A program made the translations under genes and the position numbers. Shown here one piece after another: positions 51,821 through 61,192 of a stretch of 64,000 bases of DNA; positions within the stretch are counted from its first letter, which is position 1; each line of letters starts with the position of its first letter. The notes beneath the pieces were generated by a model. That model searched no databases. It worked only from the letters and a program-made list of their open reading frames with translations, and was not told the origin of the DNA. The stretch is from Tagaea sp. Its GTDB lineage: Bacteria; Pseudomonadota; Alphaproteobacteria; CACIAM-22H2. The stretch covers positions 192,001-256,000 of the forward strand of contig CBDIIB010000005.1 in the NCBI GenBank assembly GCA_965279525.1. Reading direction: 5' to 3'.

Positions 51821-52737
51821 GCGAGGTGCTTCTTGAAGAAGCCGATCGTCCGGTCCCAGGCGAGCTTGGCGGCGTCTTCCTTGTAGCGCGGCGTCGAGTT
51901 GTTGTGGAAACCGTGCTGGGTCCCCGGATAGACGTGCTTCTCGTGCACGACGCCGGCCGCCTTCAGCCCCGTCTCGAAGGCCGGCCACATCTCGTTGATG
52001 CGCGCGTCGTCCTCGGCGTACTGGACCATCAGTGCCGCCTTGATCGCGGGGATCGAAGCCGTATCGGCGGCCGGTCCATAGAACGGGACGCCCGCGTTCA
52101 TGTCGGCGCCAAGCGTTGCGGCGAGGAAGTTCGTCGCACCCCCGCCCCAGCAGAAGCCCGTCACGCCGAGCTTGCGGGTGGAGAGCGCGTGCGTCTTCAC
52201 GAAGCGGGCACTGTTGACCATGTCGGTGCGCAGCTTCGCCTGGTCGAGGCCGGCCTGGAGGGTGCGCCCGTCGTCGTCGTTGCCGGGATAGCCGCCGACC
52301 GGCGACAGCCCGTCGGGGGCGAGTGCCAGGAAGCCCTCGGTCGCGGCGCGACGTGCCACGTCCTCGATATAGGGGTTGAGGCCGCGGTTCTCGTGGATGA
52401 CCAGCACGGCCGGGAACGGGCCGGTGCCGGCGGGCTGCACGAGATAGCCGCGCATCGTGCCAGACGAACCGCCCGGCGACGGGTACGAAACGTAGGTGGC
52501 CTTGATGCGCGGATCGGTGAAGGAGATGGTCTGGGCCTGCGCGTAGCGCGGCAGAAGTGCCTGCGCCATCGCAAGTCCGCCGACGGTCACCGCCGCGGCG
52601 CGCTGCAGGAAGGTCCGGCGGTCCATGCCGCCATGGCAGTATTCGTCGTAAAGCTCGAACACGCGCCGGTCGATGTCGCCCTGGGTCAGGACCGGCGTCA
52701 TCTCGGGCGCCACGGCGACGTTCAACTGCTGGGTCAT
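51817..52737 (-). CDS. dienelactone hydrolase family protein (YghX-like)
   Basis: LYDEYCHG.MDRRTFL (Tat-like), HENRGLNP, GFCWGG nucleophile, HGFHN; GGAGG upstream. Confidence 0.92.
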   Translation of the reverse strand: MTQQLNVAVAPEMTPVLTQGDIDRRVFELYDEYCHGGMDRRTFLQRAAAVTVGGLAMAQALLPRYAQAQTISFTDPRIKATYVSYPSPGGSSGTMRGYLVQPAGTGPFPAVLVIHENRGLNPYIEDVARRAATEGFLALAPDGLSPVGGYPGNDDDGRTLQAGLDQAKLRTDMVNSARFVKTHALSTRKLGVTGFCWGGGATNFLAATLGADMNAGVPFYGPAADTASIPAIKAALMVQYAEDDARINEMWPAFETGLKAAGVVHEKHVYPGTQHGFHNNSTPRYKEDAAKLAWDRTIGFFKKHLA

Positions 52738-52952
52738 TGGGGGGCATCCTCCACGGGGTTCGGCGTTTGCGCCGATCGGAGGCATATTATATCGCCACTT
52801 TGCATACGGGAAGCGGGGGGACGCCGGTGCACGTCGTCGCGGCCCTGTCCCGATTTCCGGTACCGCTAAATTTCCCGTAGCGACTTCCGCCTTATGCTAC
52901 TTTCGTAAGGTAAGGCCCGGAGAATCGATAGGGCCGCTGGAGACGCACGAAC

Positions 52953-55091
52953 GTGGCATTCGGAGCTTTACGCGGCCGCGAGATCCTGGCCGGGATTGGC
53001 ATCTTGGCCGCGGGTGCGGGGCTGCTCGCCGCCCTGTTCTATCGCGAACTCGACATGATCCTCGATACGGCGTCGGACGAGGCGCGCGTCACCCTCGAGC
53101 AGATGGCCGACGAGGCCGGCGACATTTTCCGCCCGGCGGTCGACCTGATCGCCACCGTCGACGATGCCGCCCTCATGCGGCTCGACCGCGCCGAGGCGCG
53201 GCGTACCTTCGAAGCGGTCGCACAAGGCCCCGTCCAGCGCGCAGGCACGTTCAATTCGCTCTATGTCGGATTTCCGAACGGCGAGTTCTGGCAGCAGCGC
53301 GAGGTGCGCCCGGCCTTCCTCGACAACAAGGAACTCGAGGGCGCCGTGCATGCGCGCGGCTACCGGCGCGCGATCGTCGCGACCTCCGAAGGCCTGAAAT
53401 CCAACTGGTACTATTTCTCCGCGACGCGGGGTGACTGGGTCGAGGTCCCCGAGCCCGGGGCCAACTACGATCCGCGGACCCGTCCGTGGTATGCGGCCGC
53501 CCTCAAGAGCGGAAAGCCGGTCTGGACCGAGCCCTACCGCACGGCATCGTCCGACGATTTCGCGATCACGCTCGCCAGCCGCCTGACGAACCGCGACGGG
53601 ACGGTCTGGGGCGTGGCGGCAATCGATTTCCTCGTGGCGCCGCTCAACGCGGCACTCGCGCGCTGGAAGGCCGACCGCATTCCGCCCAGCTCCACGTTGC
53701 AGGTCGTCGACATGGCCGGCAACATCGTCGCCCGTCCGCCGGGCGGACCGGCCGGCGGGACGACGGCCGAGAAGGCGCTTGCCGCCCTGTCGCGCAACGG
53801 GAAGATCGACGGCAACCGGGTCGACATCGAAGGCAAGCCCCATCTCGTCGCGGTCGCTCCGCTCGGCCGCGCCCTCGACCTGCCGCTCGTCGTCGCCGTC
53901 GCGATCCCGCTCGACGTGCTGACCGACAAGGCGGTTGCCGCCTTGCGCGTCAATGCCGCGATCCTCGCCGGAATCCTCCTCGTCCTGGCCGCGATCGCGG
54001 GTTATGCCGTCAAGATGCGCGGCGTGGCGCGCGACATCGGCGCCATGGAGCGGCTGACGCACCGCATCGCCGACGGCGAGCTCGACATCGGCGTGGAAGG
54101 AACGCGGCGCACGGACGCGATCGGCGGCCTGTCGCGCTCGGTCGAGGTCCTGCGCAAGAACTCGCTTGCCCAGCGCGAGATGCAGGCCAAGGAACGCGAG
54201 CTCGCCGAGCACCTTTCCCGGATGGCCGAACGGGTCGCCGAATCCGTCGACGCCATCCGCAGTGCCGCCAGCGAGATATCGCAGGGCAGCGACGACCTTG
54301 CCGCGCGAACCGAGCGGCAGGCATCCACGCTCCAGCAGACCGTCGCGACGATGTCGGAGATATCGGCGACGGTCTCGACCAATGCCGGGAATTCGGATCT
54401 CGCGCGCCGCCTTGCCGCCGACGCGCTGGCGCGCGCGGAAGCCGGCGGCAGTGCCGTGTCGAGCGTCGTCGGCGCCATGTCGGGCATCGAAGGCTCGTCC
54501 TCGCGGATTTCCGAGATCATCCAGGTGATGGAAGAGATCTCGTTCCAGACCAAGCTGCTCGCCCTCAACGCCGCGGTCGAGGCGGCGCGCGCGGGCGAAT
54601 CCGGCAAGGGTTTCGCGGTCGTGGCCCAGGAAGTGCGCTCGCTCGCCGACCGCTCGCGCCAGGCCTCCCAGCAGATCCGCCGTCTGATCGCCGAGAGCTC
54701 GCGCGAAGTGGGCGAAGGCGTGCGCCTTGCCGGAGCGGCGGGCGAAGCGCTGACCAGCATCATCGAGATCGTGCGCAAGGTGTCCGAAGTGGCGCCCGAG
54801 ATCGCCGCCGGCAGCCGCGAGCAGGCGCACAGCATCGCCGAGATCGTCAAGGCGATCGGCGACCTCGACGCCGCGACGCAGCAGAACGCCGCACTGGTCG
54901 AGGAAAGCTCCGCGTCGGCGGCCTCGCTTGCCGAGCAGGCCGGCCAGCTTGTCGCCGTCGTGGCCGGATTCCGTGGCGGTGGCGACCCGCCGCCGTCAAC
55001 GGCGACGCCACCTGCCGCAGCCGCGAAACCCAAGGCACCGGAGAAAAAGGCGCCCGCGTTGCGCGAAGACGACTGGGGCGACGAGTTCTAG
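52953..55091 (+). CDS. methyl-accepting chemotaxis protein (dCache-HAMP-MCP)
   Basis: [38 protein letters not shown], Pro-rich linker and C-terminal DDWGDEF. Confidence 0.93.
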   Translation: MAFGALRGREILAGIGILAAGAGLLAALFYRELDMILDTASDEARVTLEQMADEAGDIFRPAVDLIATVDDAALMRLDRAEARRTFEAVAQGPVQRAGTFNSLYVGFPNGEFWQQREVRPAFLDNKELEGAVHARGYRRAIVATSEGLKSNWYYFSATRGDWVEVPEPGANYDPRTRPWYAAALKSGKPVWTEPYRTASSDDFAITLASRLTNRDGTVWGVAAIDFLVAPLNAALARWKADRIPPSSTLQVVDMAGNIVARPPGGPAGGTTAEKALAALSRNGKIDGNRVDIEGKPHLVAVAPLGRALDLPLVVAVAIPLDVLTDKAVAALRVNAAILAGILLVLAAIAGYAVKMRGVARDIGAMERLTHRIADGELDIGVEGTRRTDAIGGLSRSVEVLRKNSLAQREMQAKERELAEHLSRMAERVAESVDAIRSAASEISQGSDDLAARTERQASTLQQTVATMSEISATVSTNAGNSDLARRLAADALARAEAGGSAVSSVVGAMSGIEGSSSRISEIIQVMEEISFQTKLLALNAAVEAARAGESGKGFAVVAQEVRSLADRSRQASQQIRRLIAESSREVGEGVRLAGAAGEALTSIIEIVRKVSEVAPEIAAGSREQAHSIAEIVKAIGDLDAATQQNAALVEESSASAASLAEQAGQLVAVVAGFRGGGDPPPSTATPPAAAAKPKAPEKKAPALREDDWGDEF

Positions 55092-55118
55092 GAACCCCTC
55101 GCCCCAGCCTGTCGCGGT

Positions 55119-57161
55119 TTACGACGCCCGGATGCGGGCGATGAAGGCATCCACCTTCGCGCCGAGCGCTTCGGATTGGGTCGACAGTTCGCCCGACGCA
55201 CCGAGCACCTGACCGGCCGCCGCACCCGTATCGGTCGCGGCCTTGGTGACGCCGGTGATGTTCGAGGAAACCTCGTTGGTTCCCGCCGCCGCCTGCTGGA
55301 CGTTGCGGGCGATTTCCTGGGTCGCGGCTCCCTGCTCTTCGACGGCCGAAGCGATGGCCGCCGCGATCTCGTTGATCCGCCCGATCGTCTCGGTGATGCC
55401 CTGGATCGCCTGGACCGAATCCGCGGTGGCACCCTGGATCGACGTCACCTGTGCCGAGATCTCGTCGGTCGCCTTGGCCGTCTGGTTGGCCAGGCTCTTC
55501 ACTTCCGAGGCCACGACCGCGAAGCCCTTGCCCGCCTCGCCGGCGCGCGCCGCCTCGATCGTGGCGTTGAGCGCCAGCAGGTTCGTCTGCCCGGCGATCC
55601 CGTTGATGAGCTTCACCACGTCGCCGATCTTCTGTGCGGCTTCCGCCAGCGCCTTGACCTGGTCGTTGGTGCGCCCGGCATCGGCGACCGCCTGTCCGGA
55701 TATCTTGGCGGATTCAGCGACCTGACGGCTGATCTCGCTGATCGACGAGGAAAGCTCCTCCGCCGCCGAGGCGACCGTCTGCACGTTCGTGGAAGCCTGC
55801 TCGGACGCGGCCGCGACGGCGCCGGCCTGCCGGCTCGTCTCCTCGGCCGTGGCCGACATCGACTGGGCCGTGCTCTGCAGCTCGGTCGACGCCGAAGCGA
55901 CCATCTGGACGATGCCCTTCACCGACGATTCGAAATCGTCGGCCATCTTGTTCATCGTCGCCTTCTTGTCGACTTCGGCGCGCCGCTTCATTTCTTCCTG
56001 CTCGGCGCGCAGGCGGTCGGCCTCGATCATCTTGTCCTTGAACACCTGCACCGCACCGGCCATCTTGCCGATCTCGTCGGTGCGGCCCTGGGCCGGGATC
56101 TCGACCGACTTGTCGCCGCCGGCGAGCTTCTCCATCGCCGAGGTCATGTTGACGACCGGGCCGGCAATGCCGCCGCCCAGCAGCCATGCGATGACGAGGC
56201 CGAACACGAAGGCGCCGACCGACAGGCCGATCGTCGTCGTGATCGTCGTATCGATCAGGCTGTTGGTGCTGGCGTCGATTTCGGCAAGCGATTTCGACTG
56301 GAAATCGGCGATGCGCGCCATGGCGGCGGCGACGCTTTCGGCGAGCTGGGCCATCGTCTCGCCGACCTGCTTCTGGACCGCGAACGACTGGGTGGCAACA
56401 CTCGCGAAGGCCGTCTCGTATGTCTTCATCAGCGCGCGCGTTTCCTGGATGAGCTGGCGGCGCGCCGGGTTCTGCAGGCGCTGGAGGAGTTCGGCCGACG
56501 ATTTGTCGAATGTCTCCTGCCATTGCTTGATCGATTCGACGAGCCTCGGGTCCGGGCGGGCGATGAAGCGGTTGGCGTTGAGGCGGACCTGCATCAAGGC
56601 TTCCTGCGTGAGGCCCGCAAGGGCCGCGGCTTCCATGTCGCGGTCGGCCATGGCGCTGCGGATAACGCCGGTCAAGTCTTCGCGCGCCTTGGCGCCCGAG
56701 GGATTGAGCGTGTCCACGACGAGCTTGTCGAGCGTCGTGCGCATCTCGCGCAACCTGCCGAAACCGGCGACATACTCGTCGAGGGTCTTGCCGGTGGCGA
56801 GGATCTGGGCGCGGCGCTCGGGATTGATCAAGGCGGCCGCGACGAATTCGATCTGCTTCTTGATGTTGGCCGCGAGCGTGTCGAACTGGGTCGCCACCGC
56901 AGCCTCGCCGGTGTCGGAATAGATATAGGCCGTGCGTCGGAGCTGGACCACGTCGCGGTCGATTGCTGCGACCCTGAGCGTGTTCGTCGCGATCGTCTGG
57001 TAGGTGCCGAACGCCCCGTCGACATTCCGGAAACCGACGACGCTGACCGTACCGACCACGGCCAGCAGCACGAGGATCACGATGAAGCCGGCCAGCACCT
57101 TGGTGCGCAGTTTCAGGTTGGCGAGTGCCGCAAGTGCTCCGCTCGACGGATTCTGTGCCAC
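55119..57161 (-). CDS. methyl-accepting chemotaxis protein (helical periplasmic sensor, HAMP, MCP)
   Basis: TM-helical sensor-TM, RTDEIGKMA and [27 protein letters not shown]; GAGGGG upstream of GTG 57161. Confidence 0.94.
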   Translation of the reverse strand: MAQNPSSGALAALANLKLRTKVLAGFIVILVLLAVVGTVSVVGFRNVDGAFGTYQTIATNTLRVAAIDRDVVQLRRTAYIYSDTGEAAVATQFDTLAANIKKQIEFVAAALINPERRAQILATGKTLDEYVAGFGRLREMRTTLDKLVVDTLNPSGAKAREDLTGVIRSAMADRDMEAAALAGLTQEALMQVRLNANRFIARPDPRLVESIKQWQETFDKSSAELLQRLQNPARRQLIQETRALMKTYETAFASVATQSFAVQKQVGETMAQLAESVAAAMARIADFQSKSLAEIDASTNSLIDTTITTTIGLSVGAFVFGLVIAWLLGGGIAGPVVNMTSAMEKLAGGDKSVEIPAQGRTDEIGKMAGAVQVFKDKMIEADRLRAEQEEMKRRAEVDKKATMNKMADDFESSVKGIVQMVASASTELQSTAQSMSATAEETSRQAGAVAAASEQASTNVQTVASAAEELSSSISEISRQVAESAKISGQAVADAGRTNDQVKALAEAAQKIGDVVKLINGIAGQTNLLALNATIEAARAGEAGKGFAVVASEVKSLANQTAKATDEISAQVTSIQGATADSVQAIQGITETIGRINEIAAAIASAVEEQGAATQEIARNVQQAAAGTNEVSSNITGVTKAATDTGAAAGQVLGASGELSTQSEALGAKVDAFIARIRAS

Positions 57162-57227
57162 GTTCGTATCCCCCCTCATGTGGCGGAGTGATCTCCGCCT
57201 GCTGGGGCTACGATGCGCAAAAATTAC

Positions 57228-57243
57228 TGAAGTAAAGGTTAAC
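57228..57243. promoter_or_regulatory. CtrA-like box upstream of the MCP
   Basis: TGAA-GTAAAGG-TTAAC, one mismatch to TTAA-N7-TTAAC, in an AT-rich intergenic stretch. Confidence 0.5.
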
Positions 57244-57274
57244 CAGAAAACGCCTCGACAGCACGATTCCGCAC

Positions 57275-58108
57275 TCAGTAGGCGATCTTCGCCACCGCGC
57301 GCAGCTCTTCGGGCGTCGTCGTGGGGAACCCGAAGAACTCGAGATAGGCCGGAATCTGCTCGAACAGCATGTCGAGCCCGACCTGGATGCGGCAGCCGCG
57401 TGCCGTCGCGGCCTCGAGCAGCGGCGTCATCTCCTGTTTCATGACGACCTCGCCCACGAAGGTCGACGCGGCGAGCCGGGAAACATCGAACGGCAGCGGA
57501 TCGCCGGCCTTCATGCCCAACGGCGTGGCGTTGACGACAAGATCGTAGCCGGCCGGATCGCTCGACCCGACGCGGATGTCCAGTTTGGGATAGTGCGCGC
57601 GAAGCCGCGTGCCAAGGGCGGCCGCATTCTCCGGATTGACGTCGTGGAGCCCGATCCCGGCGATCTTCGCGGCCGCCAGCGAGGCCGCGATGGCCGAGCC
57701 CACGCCGCCGCCGCCAACCACCAGGGCCCGGGCCCCGTCGAGGACCAGCCCCTTGCGCTTCACGCCGCGCACGAAGCCTTCGCCGTCGAACATGTCGCCC
57801 GACAGCGTGCCGTCGGCACGCAGCATGATCGCGTTGCAGGCACCGGCGATCTTCACGGCCGTCGACACCTCGTCGAGCAGGCCCACCGTCGTCACCTTGT
57901 GCGGCATGGTGACCAGCGCGCCATGGATGTTCGTCAGCCGGAACAGCAGCTTCAGGAACTGCGGATAGTCTTCGGCGCGGCAGCCCATCGGCACCACGAC
58001 CGCGTCGATGCCGTGCTTCGCGAAATACGGATTGTAGATCATCGGCGCCTTGAAGCTCTCGGTGGGCACGCCGAGATGCGCGATGAGTTTGGTCTTTCCG
58101 CTGATCAT
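57275..58108 (-). CDS. shikimate dehydrogenase family protein
   Basis: TMPHK, GACNA, GDMFDG.GF, GGGGVG and VNATPLG motifs. Confidence 0.9.
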   Translation of the reverse strand: MISGKTKLIAHLGVPTESFKAPMIYNPYFAKHGIDAVVVPMGCRAEDYPQFLKLLFRLTNIHGALVTMPHKVTTVGLLDEVSTAVKIAGACNAIMLRADGTLSGDMFDGEGFVRGVKRKGLVLDGARALVVGGGGVGSAIAASLAAAKIAGIGLHDVNPENAAALGTRLRAHYPKLDIRVGSSDPAGYDLVVNATPLGMKAGDPLPFDVSRLAASTFVGEVVMKQEMTPLLEAATARGCRIQVGLDMLFEQIPAYLEFFGFPTTTPEELRAVAKIAY

Positions 58109-58208
58109 TCCCGATGCGACTCCGACACGGTTCCGGCCGTCACGCAAAGCTGGCTCCGGCCCCGCGGATCAAATACGATTCGCATTCCCAAGTCACGGAG
58201 CAACCGAC

Positions 58209-58775
58209 ATGGCCGCCCCCTACCGCATCCTCGGCATCGCCGGCAGCCTGCGCGCAAAGTCCTTCAACCGGGCATTGCTGGCCCACGCGCAGAAGAACGC
58301 CCCCGCCTCGCTTGCCATCGACATCCACGACCTCGCGGGCGTGCCGCTCTTCGACCAGGACGTCGAGGCGAAGGGCTTTCCGGATGCGGTCGCGCGGTTG
58401 CAGGCGGCCGTGGGGGCCGCCGACGGCGTGCTGATCGCGACGCCGGAGTACAATTCCGGCATCCCGGGCGTGCTCAAGAACGCGCTCGACTGGATGTCGC
58501 GCCCGCCACACAAATCGACATGCACGGGCAAGCCGGTCGCGGTGATGGGTACTTCGCCCGGCATGGGCGGCACGCTGCGCGTCCAGGTCGTCATGCGGCC
58601 GGTCCTGGCGGGCATGGGCATGGTGCAGATGGTCGGCGCCGACACGGCCGTTCCCGGGGCCGGCACCGCCTTCGACGCCGAGGGCAATCTCGTCGACGAG
58701 AAGGCGCGGGCGGCGGTCGGCCGGACGCTCGGTGCGCTCGCGGCCTGGATCGCGCGGCTGCAGCCCAGGGGCTAG
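58209..58775 (+). CDS. NADPH-dependent FMN reductase (ChrR-like)
   Basis: GSLRAKSFN and ATPEYNSGIPGVLKNALDW motifs. Confidence 0.93.
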   Translation: MAAPYRILGIAGSLRAKSFNRALLAHAQKNAPASLAIDIHDLAGVPLFDQDVEAKGFPDAVARLQAAVGAADGVLIATPEYNSGIPGVLKNALDWMSRPPHKSTCTGKPVAVMGTSPGMGGTLRVQVVMRPVLAGMGMVQMVGADTAVPGAGTAFDAEGNLVDEKARAAVGRTLGALAAWIARLQPRG

Positions 58776-59584
58776 GCCGCGGCGACCTCGTCGGTCCACA
58801 CGCGGAACGACGCCAGCGTCGTCATCCCGAAACTGTTGGAGAGCGGCACGTCTGCGGCATCGCGCCCACGGCCGATCAGCACGCGCCCGATGCGCGGCAC
58901 GTTGTGGCGCGCGTCGAACGTGTACCAGCGGTGATCGAGATAGGCCTCGAACCACGCGCTGAAATCCATCGGCGCCGGGTCGGCCGGAACGCCGATGTCG
59001 CCAAGGTAGCCCGTGCAGTAGCGCGCCGGAATGTTCATGCAGCGGCAGAACGCGACCGCCAGATGCGCGAAGTCGCGGCAAACGCCAGTCCCTTCGGCGT
59101 AGACGTCGGCCGCCGACTTGGTCGAGCGGGCCTGCATATAGTCGAAGCGGATGTGGTTGTGGACGAAATCGCAGATCGCTTGCACGCGCCCCCAACCCAT
59201 CGGCGCGTTGGCGAACAGCGCCCAGGCGATTTCCGACAGCTTGTCGGTCTCGCAGTACCGGCTGCCGAGCAGGTAGACGAGCTGCTCGGACGGCAAATAG
59301 CGCACGTCGATCTGGTGGGCGTTGGGTGCGAAATCGTCCGGCACGCGCGGATCGGCGATGAACGCGTCGCCGGTAAGGCGCACGAGGCCGGCGGGTGCCG
59401 TGATCCGGCTGCACAGGTTGCCGAAACCGTCGATATAGGACTGCACCGGTACGTCGGGCGAAACGCCGATGAGATCGGGTGCCGCCAGATCGTTCTCGCG
59501 CGACGGGTGGACGCGCAGCATCAGCAGCATCGGCGTGGGCTGCGGGCACTGGTAGGCGATGTCGTAGCCGAGACGGATCCGCAT
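58772..59584 (-). CDS. transglutaminase-like protein
   Basis: YIDGFGN, GSRYCETD, GVCRDFAH, PMDFSAWFE, FDARHN and GRDAADV motifs. Confidence 0.92.
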   Translation of the reverse strand: MRIRLGYDIAYQCPQPTPMLLMLRVHPSRENDLAAPDLIGVSPDVPVQSYIDGFGNLCSRITAPAGLVRLTGDAFIADPRVPDDFAPNAHQIDVRYLPSEQLVYLLGSRYCETDKLSEIAWALFANAPMGWGRVQAICDFVHNHIRFDYMQARSTKSAADVYAEGTGVCRDFAHLAVAFCRCMNIPARYCTGYLGDIGVPADPAPMDFSAWFEAYLDHRWYTFDARHNVPRIGRVLIGRGRDAADVPLSNSFGMTTLASFRVWTDEVAAA

Positions 59585-59627
59585 CGGGTCCTCCGGTTGT
59601 CCCTTGTGACCGCGTCCGAAATCCGGA

Positions 59628-60374
59628 CTACGGCATGATCTCGCCGCCGTTGGGGTGCAGGAGCTGGCCGCAGAAATAGGCCGACGCGTCGGATGCCAGG
59701 AACACGAAGCTCGGTGTCATGTCGTCGGGCTGGCCGAGCCGCTTGAGCGGCAATGCTGCCGCGTGCGCGCGCTTGGCGGCCTGCGACAGCGGATCGAAGC
59801 CGGTATCCACCAGCCCCGGCGCCACGCCGTTGACGAGGATGCCCGCCGGCGCAAGTTCCTTTGCCAGCGCGCGCGTGAAGCCGATCAACCCGGCCTTGGC
59901 CGCACTATAGGCCGTGTAGTCCGCCCGGCCGATGTAACCCAGCTGCGAGCACACGTTGATGATGCGCCCCTGCCGGCGCGGCTTCATCGCGCGGGCGGCC
60001 GCACGCGCGCACAAGAACGCGCCGCGCAGATGGACTGCCATCATCCTGTCCCAGTCGGCGAGCGACATCCTGTCGATGGGCTGCGATTTCTGGATGCCCG
60101 CGTTGTTGACGAGGATGTCGAGCCGGCCGAAGCGCTTGCGGTGTGCCGCGAACAGGCTGGCGACCTGCTTCTCGTCAGTCACGTCGGCACGCACGGCGAT
60201 CGCGGAGCCGCCCATGCGCACGATCGCGCGGACCGTGCGCTCGGCCGCTTCGGGCCCGGCGAACCACGCGACGGTCACGTCCGCCCCCTCGCGCGCAAAG
60301 GCAAGCGCCACCTCGCGGCCGATTCCGGTATTGCCGCCGGTCACGAGAGCCTTCTTGCCCGCAAGCTGTCCCAA
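59628..60374 (-). CDS. short-chain dehydrogenase/reductase
   Basis: TGGNTGIG, VNNAG and YSAAK motifs; AAGGAG upstream of TTG start. Confidence 0.92.
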   Translation of the reverse strand: MGQLAGKKALVTGGNTGIGREVALAFAREGADVTVAWFAGPEAAERTVRAIVRMGGSAIAVRADVTDEKQVASLFAAHRKRFGRLDILVNNAGIQKSQPIDRMSLADWDRMMAVHLRGAFLCARAAARAMKPRRQGRIINVCSQLGYIGRADYTAYSAAKAGLIGFTRALAKELAPAGILVNGVAPGLVDTGFDPLSQAAKRAHAAALPLKRLGQPDDMTPSFVFLASDASAYFCGQLLHPNGGEIMP

Positions 60375-60385
60375 CGCGTTCTCCT

Positions 60386-61114
60386 TCAGGCGATCTCGGC
60401 GAACAGGCGGCCCCAGCCGCGCACGCGCGACGGCGGCACGCCGACCTTGCGCAGCCCGTCCCACACGGCCGTCGCCACCGTATCGTAGATCGGGATGCCG
60501 AGTTCCTTTTCCAGCGCTTCGACGACCGGGCCGCCGCGCATGTTGGTGCAGAAGACCGTTATCGCATCGGGCTTCGCGATTGCAACCTCCCGAACGAGTT
60601 GTGCGATGCGCTCTTGCGTATACTCGGCGAACGAAAAATTGCCACGATCGCGCAGATGGCGCTCGGCGACGACTTCGAAGCCTTCGGCCGCGAAGTTGGC
60701 GGCGATCTTCGTCTGGATCTCGTCGAGATAGGGTGTGACGAAACCCAGCCGGCGCGCGCGCGTCGTGCGCAGGATTTCGGCGAGTGCCAACACCGAGGTT
60801 CCGGCCTTGATGCCGGTCGTCGCCTCGATTGAAGCACAAAGCCGCCGGTCGGCCTCGAAGCCGAGCCAGCCCGACGACGTGCCGTTCCACACGATGGCGC
60901 CCACCTTCGCGTCGGCGAGCAGGCCGGCGGCCGCCAGGATCGGCGCTTCGTCGAACTGTGCCAGCGCCAAAGCACCCAGCGAGATCTCCGTCACGCGGAA
61001 TCGGCCGAAATGCGCGGTCACGTCCGGCAGGTCGGCCAGCATCGCCGCGGTCACGGGTTCGAGGACCGTGTTCGACGAAGGCGTGAGCATCCCGATGCGT
61101 TTGCGCGTTTCCAT
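60386..61114 (-). CDS. maleate isomerase/arylmalonate decarboxylase family protein
   Basis: RIGMLTPSSNTVLE, WNGTS, VTPY and FCTN motifs. Confidence 0.88.
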   Translation of the reverse strand: METRKRIGMLTPSSNTVLEPVTAAMLADLPDVTAHFGRFRVTEISLGALALAQFDEAPILAAAGLLADAKVGAIVWNGTSSGWLGFEADRRLCASIEATTGIKAGTSVLALAEILRTTRARRLGFVTPYLDEIQTKIAANFAAEGFEVVAERHLRDRGNFSFAEYTQERIAQLVREVAIAKPDAITVFCTNMRGGPVVEALEKELGIPIYDTVATAVWDGLRKVGVPPSRVRGWGRLFAEIA

Positions 61115-61192
61115 GGTTCCATCCGCTGGCGTGCCGCCGTCTGGCACGCAATTTCCATACCCGAGCCGGAGACGAACCGATAGGTTGGCGGA

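Noticed and set aside
55084-55109. CGCCCCAGCC matching the tRNA-Gln 3' end, as a possible attR of an island at 40000-55100
   Set aside because: Only 10 GC-rich bases match, which is expected by chance; there is no integrase and the intervening genes look mostly host-like.
61142-61157. TGGCACGCAATTTCCA as a sigma54 promoter for the amidohydrolase
   Set aside because: The -24 element is good, but the -12 reads CC instead of the essential GC.
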